Source: Octopus sinensis
Lineage: Eukaryota
Direction of reading: 5' to 3'
Length of the DNA stretch: 64,000 bases
Assembly: GCF_006345805.1 (NCBI RefSeq)
Contig: NC_043010.1
Location: 66,402,001-66,466,000, forward strand
This document shows positions 25,901-37,080 of the stretch, in pieces. Position numbers and translations under genes: made by a program. The notes beneath the pieces were generated by a model, which was given only the letters and a program-made list of their open reading frames with translations, did no database searches and was not told where the DNA came from. Within the stretch, counting starts at the first letter, position 1, and the number at the start of each line of letters is the position of its first letter.

Positions 25901-26329
25901 TCTATCTATCTTGTGTTTCCTTTCTATATATTTATTTATTTATTGATATTTTATTTACATTTATATTTATTTTTACTGTCCAAAGAGATCATTTAAGTCA
26001 GGTCATCTGCAGGTCACTACCTACTGACGTAGACATGTGACTTGACATCCAGTCCTCCATCTACCCTACTGAAATCGTCCACCCTGTCACCCATAAATGC
26101 TTACATTGTACATCACTAAGTCAAATTTTTGTCATGTTCTAATTACTGTTTCTGTCTTGCTTCTTTATCTGTTATTTTCATTAAAACTGCTGTGAACATA
26201 AACTTTCCTCAGCCATGGGAATTCTAGCTGTTGGTGGAGTAAATCTACATGATATAGCAGCCAAATCGCCTTATAAAAAAAGAAGGCATATTGGATATAG
26301 ACGTTCAGTTTATACTTTTTTCTCTTTAG

Positions 26330-26920
26330 TCTTTTTACTTGTTTAAGTTATTGTACTGTGGCCATGCTGGGGCACCGCTTTGAATGGTTTTAGTGAAATG
26401 GATTGCTTCCAGTACTTTTTTCCCCACCAAATCTAATACTAATTCCATTGGTCTCGTATGTCGAAGTGCTGAGTTACTGGAGCGTAAACAATGCAGCACC
26501 GGTCGTCAAACGATGGGGCGGGGAAAAAAAACACATACATACATATACCACGGGCTTCCGCACAGTTTCCGTTTTCTACCAAATTCACTCGCAAGGCATT
26601 GAGCAGATTAGAGCAGAACACACTTGTCCTAAGTACTGTGCAGTGGGATTGAACCGGAAACCACGTGATTGCAAAAAACGCTTAACCATTCTTAAGGTTT
26701 ATTGTGACTATTTCAAACCTCAACATTTTTTTTTATATTTTGTTTCAGTGATTAGACTGCGGTCATGCTGGGGCACCACCTTGAATAATTTTGAGTCAAA
26801 CAAATTTACCCTAGTACTTATAATGTTTTTTTGTAAGCTTGGTGCTTATTCTATTGGTCTCTTTTGCCGAACTGCTAAGTTGTGGGGGAGTAAATACACC
26901 AATACTGGTTGTCACAACAC
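26330..26920 (-). mobile_element. Two diverged family A SINE pieces
   Basis: Tail and core motifs recognisable. Confidence 0.65.
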
Positions 26921-27118
26921 ACACACACAGCATACACTGACACATACACACATGCACACACACACACACACATGCACAGGTACACACAGACGCACATGCA
27001 CATGCAAATACATGCACACACACACGTGAACTCACACTCATGCACACACATGTATATGCATGTACACATACACATGCACACACACAGAGACACACACACA
27101 CACAAGCGCTGCACAAAT

Positions 27119-28530
27119 ATTGCAATTAGGTACCAATACTGCCTAATGACTGAAACAAGCAAAAGATTCTAGATTTTGAGCCCCATTACCCCAGAGGAGG
27201 GAGTTTTTGGTTACTGATTGCAAAGATTAGACCTGTTAATCCTTGCTCTGTGTGTGTGTGTTACTGTCTCCTTTGTGTTTGTTACTATGATAGTTGTAAA
27301 ACAAACATCACCAATAATAGGCGCAGGAGTGGCTGTGTGGTAAGGAGCTTGTTTACCAACCACATGGTTCCGGGTTCAGTCCCACTGCGTGGCACCTTGG
27401 GCAAGTGTCTTCTGCTATAGCCGCGGGCCGACCAAAGCCTTGTGAGTGGATTTGGTAGACAGAAACTAAAAGAGGCCCGTCGTATATATGTAAATATATA
27501 TATATATATATATACATATATATGCGTGTGTGTGTTTGTCCCCCTAGCATTGCTTGACAACCAATGCTGGTGTGTTTATGTCCCCGTCACTTAGCGGTTC
27601 GGCAAAAGAGACCGATAGAATAAGTACTGGGCTTACAAAGAATAAGTCCCAGGGTTGAGTTGCTCGATTAAAAGGTGGTGCTCCAGCATGGCCGCAGTCA
27701 AATGACTGAAACAAGTAAAAGAGTAAAAGATTGCAATTAGGTACCAATACTGCCTAATGACTGAAACAGCAAAAGATTTAGATTTTGAGCCCCATTACCC
27801 CAGAGGAGGAGTTTTTGGTTACTGATTGCAAAGATTAGACCTGTTAATCCTTGCTCTGTGTGTGTGTGTTACTGTCTCCTTTGTGTTTGTTACTATGATA
27901 GTTGTAAAACAAACATCACCAATAATAGGCGCAGGAGTGGCTGTGTGGTAAGGAGCTTGTTTACCAACCACATGGTTCCGGGTTCAGTCCCACTGCGTGG
28001 CACCTTGGGCAAGTGTCTTCTGCTATAGCCGCGGGCCGACCAAAGCCTTGTGAGTGGATTTGGTAGACAGAAACTAAAAGAGGCCCGTCGTATATATGTA
28101 AATATATATATATATATATATACATATATATGCGTGTGTGTGTTTGTCCCCCTAGCATTGCTTGACAACCAATGCTGGTGTGTTTATGTCCCCGTCACTT
28201 AGCGGTTCGGCAAAAGAGACCGATAGAATAAGTACTGGGCTTACAAAGAATAAGTCCCAGGGTTGAGTTGCTCGATTAAAAGGTGGTGCTCCAGCATGGC
28301 CGCAGTCAAATGACTGAAACAAGTAAAAGAGTAAAAGATTGCAATTAGGTACCAATACTGCCTAATGACTGAAACAAGCAAAAGATTCTAGATTTTGAGC
28401 CCCATTACCCCAGAGGAGGGAGTTTTTGTTTACTGATTGCAAAGATTAGACCTGTTAACCCTTGCTCCGTGTGTGTTACTGTCTCCTTTGTGTTTGTTAC
28501 TGTGATAGTTGTAAAACAAACATCACCAAT
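27119..28530 (+). repeat. Tandem duplication X-SINE-X-SINE-X' (period 608-611 bp)
   Basis: ATTGCAATTAGGTACC at 27119, 27730 and 28338; family A SINEs at about 27319-27729 and 27927-28337. Confidence 0.95.
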
Positions 28531-28839
28531 GACCCTCATTTCCAATCTTCCAAGAAAACATGTCCGGCCTTGGGGGGAAATCTTACTTTATTTGTAAACA
28601 GACGGGGGTTGGTGACAGGAAAAGCATCCAGCCACAGAAAGTTCACTTCAATAAATTTTGTCTGACCCATGCAGCCCTGGAAAAGTAGATGTTAAAACGA
28701 CAATGATGTATTTGTTGTTAGGTGTGGCTTATAGGTGCAGGCATGGTTGTGTTTATGAAGCTTGATTCCCGAACATGTAGTCTGCTGGTTCAATCCCACT
28801 GCATGGCATCTTGGCTGAGTTTCTTGTGTAGTTGGGCCA

Positions 28840-29090
28840 GTTTCCTAGTTTTCTTGGCATATAGGTTCCCCACCTGGATGGGACGCCAGTCCATCGCAGG
28901 ATGCAGGAGGAAAGAGTGAGAGAAAGTTGTGGCGAAAGAGTCAGCAGACGTTCGCCTTTTTACCTTTTGCTGGAGCCGTGTGGAACTTAGGCGTTTTTAC
29001 TCATAAACACACACATTGCCTGGTCTTAGATTTGAACCCACGATCCCTCGACTGCGAGTCCGCTGCTCTAACCACTAGGCCATGTGCCTC

Positions 29091-29091
<1 letters not shown>
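28840..29091 (-). mobile_element. tRNA-Arg-like SINE family D
   Basis: Reverse complement of the element at 30755-31072. Confidence 0.75.
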
Positions 29092-29121
<30 letters not shown>

Positions 29122-29371
29122 ACATATATATATGTAGTCCGATGAAGGCTAGCAGGCCGAAACTTTGAAGTCACTATCAGCACTATTCTTGTAAAAAAAT
29201 AACGTACATTATATATGTTCATTGTTGTTGTCGTTGTCGTTGTCATCATCATCATCATCATCGTTTAATGTCTATTGTCCATGCTAGCATGGATTTGTAT
29301 GTATATGTATATATATATATATATATATGCACACACACACACATATATATGTGTGTGTGTGTGTGTGTGTG

Positions 29372-29409
<38 letters not shown>

Positions 29410-30671
29410 ATGTGATAGGTTGATAGATGGGTAGAGAGATAGAGAGATAAACTGAGACAGAGAGAAAGAGAGAGATGGAGAGATAGAAAAAAAGGAGAGA
29501 GAGAGAGAAGAAACACTGTAACATGTCTGCTTTGCTCGTGATTAAAGCCTATTGGTGAATGGATCTTTTGCCAATCAGCAGAATGGCTGAGGTGACTCAT
29601 AATCTTATTAAATATTAAGGGATGATTTAGCAGAGATGGATGCTCTCTCTCTATACATTTTCACTGTATCTAGTTGGGTTTCTCACCTTCCTAGATTTCC
29701 AACAGATTTGCACATGTGATTCAAAATTTTCCTTGCATCTCTCTCCATTCACTAAATTCCTGTGAACTACAGATCCTTATTCATTCATTCATTGATTCTT
29801 TCGTTCAGTCATTCATTCATTCATGCCATAGTAGCATCCCTTTTCTTTAGATCATATATTTGTTGTCTTCCCCCCATTCTCCTTCCCTCTCACTTTCTCT
29901 CCCCTGCCCCTCTCTCTCTCTCTCTCAGGTCTATTCAGCATCTTAGGGAACCCATAGAAGCTTCCTTGTTGGCTTGGTTATCAGCTAATTTAAGCTCCTC
30001 AAGGCATTTACATTATACTGCGTTACAGTAAATTTAACTGCATCTCATCAATGCTAATTCTCTTTGTAATTAACTTTGCTGTTTGGTCCATCAGTCAGAT
30101 CTCATGCCTCAAGTTGCTTCTTCCTAAAGCATACCCTTTGCCCTTGTAGCAGGCGATGCCGTTTCTGCTATGTCAGTCATTTGGGATAACACAGGCACGT
30201 GCCATCAATAATTACTCAGGGTAGGCAGTTGGTGAACTTTATATAGTAAAACACACAAAAAAATAGGCAAAATACTGGTGTGCAACTGAGTTGAAGGCAG
30301 ATTTACTTCTGCCTTTATAACACGTAAAGAAAACGGTGTTGTATGAGTGTACGCAGCTTGTGTACTACAGCAGTACGTATGTGTAGCTTAAATACTGAGA
30401 TTGAAAAGCAGAGGCAAATTATGTCTACCTAATCTACAAAAAAATAAAATATTTTGCATTTTATGCATAGTAATCAGAGCAACCTTCATAATTTTATTGA
30501 ATTAGGTGCATATTTTGTCATAAAAGGAAAATGTTGCTATCGATCTATTTTATTCAAGGTAGGCACTACCTACCTTGCCTGCCTAGGCAGCACGTCCCTG
30601 GGATAACACCTCCCTCTGCTACCTGAATCACTACATGAAGGACTAACATCTCTGGGTAGTAACGCGTTCAG

Positions 30672-31230
30672 CCCTTTAGCATTCAGATTACTTCATCAAA
30701 TATAATGCTTATTTATTCCCATTCTTAAAAAATTAACCATGCATCATCTCGTGAAGGCGCAATGGCCCAATGGTTAGGGCAGCGGACTCGCAGTCAGAGG
30801 ATCGTGGTTTCGATTCCCAGACAGGGCGTTGTGTGTGTTTATTGAGCGAAAACACCTAAAGCTCCACGAGGCTCCGGCAGGGGTTGGTGGCAACCCCTGT
30901 TGTGTACTCTTTCACCCCAACTTTCTCTCACTCTTTCTTCCTGTTGCTTGAGTAATGCTGCGATGGACTGTCGTCTGGTCCAGCTGGGGGGAACACATAC
31001 ACCACAGATACCAGGAAACCAGGCCCATGAGCCTGGCTAGGCTTGAAAAGGGTGCATAAAATAAATAAAAAAATGCATCATCTCAGCTTCAAGATTTCGA
31101 TGATGTGATTTCGTTTGTTTTTAGAATGACATTGTAGGGTAGGCCTGAGAGGTCAGATCTGATTGGTTTGAACATAAAACAGGCAGACTATTTGAGACGG
31201 TTATGGCCAGTTTAAATGCTAATGGGTTAA
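30672..31230. mobile_element. piggyBac-like MITE interrupted by a family D SINE
   Basis: Ends CCCTTTAGCA and TGCTAATGGG-TTAA; related copy at 60320-60538. Confidence 0.5.
30755..31072 (+). mobile_element. Full-length tRNA-Arg-like SINE family D with a 12-bp TSD
   Basis: Head GGCGCAATGGCCCAATGGTTAGGGCAGCGGACTCGCAGTCAGAGGATCG, A-rich tail, ATGCATCATCTC at 30739-30750 and 31073-31084. Confidence 0.85.
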
Positions 31231-31419
31231 TAATCTAACTAGAAATACTCACAAGTTTGAAAAATATGTTTGAAATGGAAAAAAAAAAAAAGAGATAGGA
31301 ATATGTTATGATTGGAATGCTTTTGATTCTAGGTTTGTTTGATCCCAGTTGACCTGGGGTTAGCTAAGCAACAACCATGACCTATCCAAGTATTATATGT
31401 TTTTTTTTCCCTTTTGCAG

Positions 31420-31502
31420 CATGACCGTGAGATACGTCACTTCAACAATTACTTAGCCCATGTTCCTTGCTACTATTTGGAATCGTTTGGACACATACCT
31501 TC
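31420..31502 (+). CDS. ARHGAP11A: Coding exon 2 (HDREIRHFNNYLAHVPCYYLESFGHIPS)
   Basis: Acceptor cttttgcag|, donor TC|gtaaga. Phase 0 in and phase 2 out match exons 1 and 3. GHIPS motif. Confidence 0.9.
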
Positions 31503-31847
31503 GTAAGAGAATTTCTTTTCATTTATTTCTTTACATGTAGTCACCTCGTTAAGTTTTACAGTTACAGGAGTCTCGGTGCAAGAGTCAGTAAAAATATACT
31601 GACTCTAACTCTGTCTGACTCTGACTAAACAAATTGAGATATCATCACCCTGATTGGGTAACTCCCTTGGACCAGTGTAACTCTTTCATCCTGATTGATC
31701 GTTGAGGCTTGAATGTCTGGCTTGAATTTTGGTCACATTGGTCTTCCTCCAGCTAGAATATCTCATCTGTGCATGCCACAACTACAGATGAAAGCAATGG
31801 TTCACTAACTGAACTGGTTGATCCTGGCTGTTGATAGTTTGTTACCT

Positions 31848-32101
31848 GTTCATCTGTTTAATAAAAATAAATGTTCCTTCTCGAGCCATACTAGTCTCAT
31901 AAGGGCCAGTTTCCCGGTTTCAGTGGTGTAGAAATTCCCCACCTGGACGGGACGCCGGTCTGCCATAGGATTACCCATTTTTGCCAGCTGAGTGGACTGG
32001 AGCAATGTGTCAAGAACACAACGCATCGCCTGGTCCAGGAATCGAAACCACAACCTTATGATCATGTGTTCAACACCCTAGCCACTAAGCCATGCGCCTC
32101 C
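31848..32101 (-). mobile_element. tRNA-derived SINE related to family E
   Basis: Minus-strand head GGAGGCGCATGGCTTAGTGGCTAGG and B box GGTTTCGATTCC. Confidence 0.7.
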
Positions 32102-32659
32102 ACATTCATCTGTTTAGCTTCTAGTAATATTCATCATTGACACAGTAAGGTTCATCTGCTGAAATAGTCTTTATTCACCATGCTGTATCCTATGATTTTA
32201 ATGTACCCTGGCTTAGGTGGTTTCATGCTAATTAACCCAATATTGGGACCCCAACAGGTGCCATTAGCCCAGGTTGGAGTGGACCAGGGAACAACAGTGG
32301 TGGAGAGGTGGTAATATGATTTTAACATACAGCATTAAAATTTCCATTTTCACAGATTTTACCGTAGTTGATGATGTAAAAGATGTAGAAGCGTATTGAG
32401 TGTATTCTAATTCCAGCAGTGCGTATTCGGGAAAAACATTTTTTTAGTGCATTAAAGCATGTAATGAAGACCCAACTTTGCATTTAGGACCCAGGAGGAA
32501 TTTCTTTTTAAACATTTCTTTAGAAGAAAAATGTGTCTTGTATTATGTCATCAAATATGGTGGATTTGATTGTTTTCTGCTCTGAATTTAATCAAATCAG
32601 ATTTAACCTGCTAACAACAATAACAATGACAAAAAAGAAAAAAACATAAAAAAAACAGA

Positions 32660-32660
32660 G

Positions 32661-32693
<33 letters not shown>

Positions 32694-32850
32694 TCCCTCT
32701 CTCACACACACACTCTCTCTCTCTCATACACACACACACTCTCTTTCTCTCTCATACAAACATACACTCTCTCTCTCTCTCATACACACACACGCTCTCT
32801 CTCTCATACACACACTCTCTCTCTCATACACACACTCTCTCTCTCTCTCA

Positions 32851-32898
<48 letters not shown>

Positions 32899-32905
32899 CT
32901 CTATC
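32660..32905. repeat. (CT)n/(CA)n compound microsatellite upstream of exon 3
   Basis: Visible repeat. Confidence 0.9.
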
Positions 32906-33094
32906 ATTCAGTCCTTAAATGCTTAATAAATATGTACGCTACTTGAAGAACATTCAGTAATCCTTCACTTTCTTCCCTTTTATGTTGAAATGTTTTTTGA
33001 ATATAACTTGACATAATATGTATGTATGAATATATATATATATATTTACTAATGTGGTCAGTTGATGATCATTTTAGTCTGTTACCTTTTATAG

Positions 33095-33192
33095 ATTCCT
33101 GGTCCGAGCGTCTGAAGTTATTATGGACAACATCAATGTTGAGGGCATCTTCCGAAAGTCTGGATCTTTGAGCCGGCAAAAGAAATTAGTGG
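33095..33192 (+). CDS. ARHGAP11A: Coding exon 3, RhoGAP arginine-finger exon (FLVRASEVIMDNINVEGIFRKSGSLSRQK)
   Basis: Acceptor ttttatag|, donor G|gtagga. Catalytic Arg codon CGA at 33153-33155 is intact. Confidence 0.92.
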
Positions 33193-33265
33193 TAGGAATA
33201 AAATTATTCATTTATTGGGTTGTCAGGTAAATTCATTGGGGTTTTTTTTTGTATTTATTTTAATC

Positions 33266-33581
33266 CATATTCTGTTGTGTCTGGGGAGAGTCATTTTCTT
33301 TTTGTGCCTTATAATTTAACACACTCACCGGTAAAATTTCCACTTATTTCTTATTTTTATTTTCCTAAAAACTTTCGTTGCGTCTTGCAACCTTTTGAAT
33401 AGTCTTGACTATTGAAAAGATTGCAAAACGCAATGAAAATTTTTAGGAAAATAAAAATAAGAAATAAGTGGAAATTTTACCGGTGAGTGTGTTAAATTAT
33501 AAGGCACAAAAAGAAAATGACTCTCCCCAGGCACAACAGAATATGCTTCAACACACGAACTCATATAAAGAATCTTGCAAA
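33266..33581. mobile_element. Foldback/palindromic MITE, copy 1 (280-bp hairpin)
   Basis: 33266-33404 is the reverse complement of 33407-33545 with 6 differences. Confidence 0.9.
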
Positions 33582-34024
33582 TGAAATATAATAAGCTTAA
33601 TCCATATATTTTTTCATTATCAATTTTAATAAATTAGTCAATAATATATTAACCCTCACTAGCAGCGACTACCCAAACAGACCCATGGATCAGAGGGTTG
33701 TCGCCTGACTGGTGCCAGGGTGTCATCTGTCAGGATTAGGGAATCACCAACAAATAATGGATGCAGTGATGCACTGTAACTGCACGTGCCCCCATACACA
33801 CACACACACACACACGCATAAACCTCCCTTTTACATACACACACAGAGTTGAAACACTCCCACTACCAGTTTGCCATCACCCCTTCCTTTCTCATATGTT
33901 GTGACAGAGAAAAACACAAGATTATTATTATATGCGGATTATTTTCCCTTCATTTGCATTATTTACATTTGATGGATATTTGTCCTCCTCTTGTTTGTTG
34001 TTTGAAGGCTGGAGAATATATTAA

Positions 34025-34260
34025 GGCGGTGAGCTGGCAGAATTGTTAGCACACCGGGCGAAATGCTTACCGGTATTTCGCCTGCTGCTACGTTCTGAGT
34101 TCAAATTCCGCCGAGGTCGACTTTGCCTTTCATCCTTTCGGGGTCGATTAAATAAGTACCAGTTACGCACTGGGGTCGATGTAATCCACTTAAGCCGTTT
34201 GTCTGTCCTTGTTTGTCTCCTCTGTGTTTAGCCCCTTGTGGGTAGTAAAGAAATAGGTAT
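34025..34260 (+). mobile_element. Full-length family B SINE monomer
   Basis: Head through 3' end AAAGAAATAGGTAT. Confidence 0.9.
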
Positions 34261-34384
34261 ATTAGCTGAAATGTTGTGTTAGTAACAAACAAGATGAGGA
34301 CAAATATCCATCAATTGTAAACAATGTACTTAATTCCTCATCTCTTAAATATAGAACTGTATTTTCCTTTTGTTCTTTTTATAG

Positions 34385-34732
34385 GAAGACATTGAACAAG
34401 TGTTAGATGTTTCCTCAGCCAATGTATTTGATGTCACTGGTCTGATTAAGCAGTTTTTCCGTGAACTAAGGGAACCCCTGTTGACCAACGTTTACCACAC
34501 TGCCTTCCTGAAATGTCAGCAGATGCGAGACAATGGTTCTATCGAGAAGGGTAGACGGGCCGCCTTAAAACTGTGCCTCCTGATCCCACCAGAACATTTA
34601 GGGACCCTGAAATTCACAATGAACCTGTTTCATAAGGTCGCTGCTCACTCTGCGCAGAATAAGATGACAGCTCGGAACCTAGCATTAATCATGGCCCCTA
34701 GTATTATGCACAACTGCCCCAAGGGGAACAAG
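34385..34732 (+). CDS. ARHGAP11A: Coding exon 4, RhoGAP core (DVTGLIKQFFRELREPLLT...NKMTARNLALIMAPS)
   Basis: Classic RhoGAP box motifs in ORF 34400-34777; donor AAG|gtaatg. Start is 34385 (tag acceptor) or 34389 (aag acceptor). Confidence 0.95.
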
Positions 34733-34788
34733 GTAATGTATCGTTTGATGGATGACAAAATTCAATCACAAAGATGAACAAATTAGCA

Positions 34789-35559
34789 TTAGTACTTATT
34801 TTTAAGCCTGATAGGTATTCTGTTAGTCGCTTATTGGTGAACTGCTAAGTTATGGGGGACATAAATATAGCAACACCAGTTGTTAAGTGGTGGTTGGGAG
34901 AAATACAACACAAACACAAAGGCACACACACAGACACATACACATACACACATGCATGCATGCATACACACACACAAGCATGCAGCAGGCTTCTTTCCAT
35001 TTCCATCTACCAAATCCACTCACAGGGTTCTGGTCAGCCCAGGGCTATAGTAGAAGACACTCGCCCAAGGTGCCGTGCAGTGGGATTGGACCTGAAACCA
35101 CATGACAATTCCACACCATCTCACAACCACATTGTACGACAGCAGTGGTTGCTTCTTGATGCTTTTTCATGCTTGCTAGGAATGGACATGGTCCAGTTGG
35201 TATGGTGTGGGAGAGCTTTGAGATAGGCTTGGTGCTGTTGTACAATATGGTTGTGAGATGGTGTGGAGTTGTCGTGTGGTTCTCATGTTCGATCCCACAG
35301 CACGGCACCTTGGGCGAGTGCCTTCTACTATTGCCCTGAGCTGACCAGAACCCTGTGAGTGGATTTGGTAGATGGAGGTAGAAAGAAGCCTGCTGTGTGA
35401 GTCTGTGTGTGTGTGTGTCTGTGTGTGTCTGTCTTTGTGTTGTGTTTGTCCCCACCATAGCTTGACAACTGGTGTTGTTATGTTTATGTCCCCCGTAACG
35501 TAGCAGTCTACCGATAGGAGACTGATACAATAAGTACCAGGCTTTAAAATATGTACTAA
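34789..35559. repeat. Head-to-head inverted pair of diverged family A-like SINEs (arms 34789-35144 and 35233-35559)
   Basis: The arms share non-consensus sequence, e.g. ACAATTCCACACCATCTCACAACCAC and its reverse complement. Confidence 0.85.
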
Positions 35560-35924
35560 AGTTAATTTGTTCATCTTTGTGAATGAATTTCGTAGGCTGA
35601 AACTAAAAGAAGCCCATCGTATATATCTGTGTGTGTGTGCGCGCGCATGTGTGTGTGTGTGTATGTGTGTGTGCATGTGTGTGTGTGCATGTGTATGTGT
35701 GTGTGTGTGCATGTGAATGTGTGCATGCGTGTGTGTGCGTGCGCGTGCTCTTGTCTAGACATCATGCGATGGTTGTAAAAGAGAAGCACCCTCATGCAGG
35801 TGAGGTTGTTTGTTTCCAGTCTTCTCTCTGTGGGAAAATATATTAGTCTACCTGGAAACAGGTGAGAGCTGGCTGTGGAAAATCTGCCTCAATAACTGCA
35901 AGCATGGAAAAGTGGATGTTTAAT

Positions 35925-36105
35925 GATAAATGGTGATGGTGATGATGGTAATAGTGATGATGATGATGATGATGATGATGGTGATGGTGATGATGATTAT
36001 GGTGATGGTGATAGTGATGGTGATGGTGATGGTGTTGATGATGATGATGATGATGGCAGTGGTAGTGGTGATGATGATGATGATGATGATGACGAGGATG
36101 ATAAA
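35925..36105. repeat. (GAT)n/(GGT)n tract, tail of a family C element, just upstream of exon 5
   Basis: Visible repeat; source of the poly-Met and poly-Asp ORFs. Confidence 0.9.
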
Positions 36106-36182
36106 ACTTGTAAAATGTAAAATTTTGATTTCCAGTTTTTCACTCTTTCTCTTATCTATCTCTGTCTGTCTGAATGTTCCAG

Positions 36183-36439
36183 ATGAGCGGGCAAGAGAAA
36201 AATGGCTGCCGTTGAAGACGTCGCTGCTTGAAATGCTCATTAATGAGCATGAGAACATTGGGCTCGTGTCTACCGACCTGTGCGACCAAGCGAAAGAGAT
36301 GGCAAATTTCTTCAACAAATTAAGCCCCTACAAATATGACGACATCGCTGAAGGCCGCCTCACCCCTTTCACCAATGAAAATAACTCAAATACAGCTGTG
36401 GCGAAGAAAAACATCAACGAAGAAGTGGTTCTCTTCAAG
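36183..36439 (+). CDS. ARHGAP11A: Coding exon 5, end of the GAP domain to RRSGSLQ (two apparent 1-nt deletions)
   Basis: Acceptor gttccag|ATG AGC, donor CAA G|gtaaaa. The homologous peptide switches frame at A5 runs 36198-36202 and 36407-36411. Confidence 0.85.
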
Positions 36440-36489
36440 GTAAAAACGAAATGGTTGTTTTATTAACGAACATTAGCAAATGATTAGGG

Positions 36490-37080
36490 CAGTGCTTTTC
36501 AAACTTTTTGCTGGAGTGGAACCCCAAGGAAACATTCCACTGGTTCGAGGAACCCCCTGTGCAATAATTTAATAGTCTTATGCACAGGAGTGGCTGTGTG
36601 GTAAGTAGCTTGCTTACCAACCACATGGTTCCGGGTTCAGTCCCACTGCGTGGCACCTTGGGCAAGTGTCTTCTACTATCTATAGCCTTGGGTCGACCAA
36701 AGCCTTGTGAGTGGATTTGGTAGACGGAAACTGAAAGAAGCCCGTCGTATATATGTATGTATATATATGTGTGTCTGTGTTTGTCCCCCTAGCATTGCTT
36801 GACAACCGATGCTGGTGTGTTTATGTCCCCGTTACTTAGCGGTTCAGCAAAAGAGATCGATAGAATAAGTACTAGGCTTACAAAAGAATAAGTCCCGGGG
36901 TCGAGTTGCTCGATTAAAGGTGGTGCTCCAGCATGGCCGCAGTCAAATGACTGAAACAAGTAAAAGAGTAAAGAGTATATCTGCACAGGAGAATTAAAAA
37001 TTACTGCCGATTTTAGCAGTTTTGTAACTTCTTGCGGAACCCCTAGACTGTACTGGCGGAACCCTGGTTGAAAACCACTG
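36490..37080 (+). mobile_element. hAT MITE (same family as 14903) with a nested family A SINE
   Basis: 8-bp TSD GATTAGGG at 36482-36489 and 37081-37088. The SINE is flanked by TGCACAGGAG at 36581-36590 and 36982-36991. Confidence 0.88.

Noticed and set aside
30755-30825. tRNA-Arg gene
   Set aside because: There is no complete acceptor stem. It continues into a SINE body with a tail and TSD and has dispersed copies.
35923-36182. Poly-Met or poly-Asp N-terminal extension of ORF 35930-36466
   Set aside because: It is an intronic (GAT)n tail; the exon starts at 36183.
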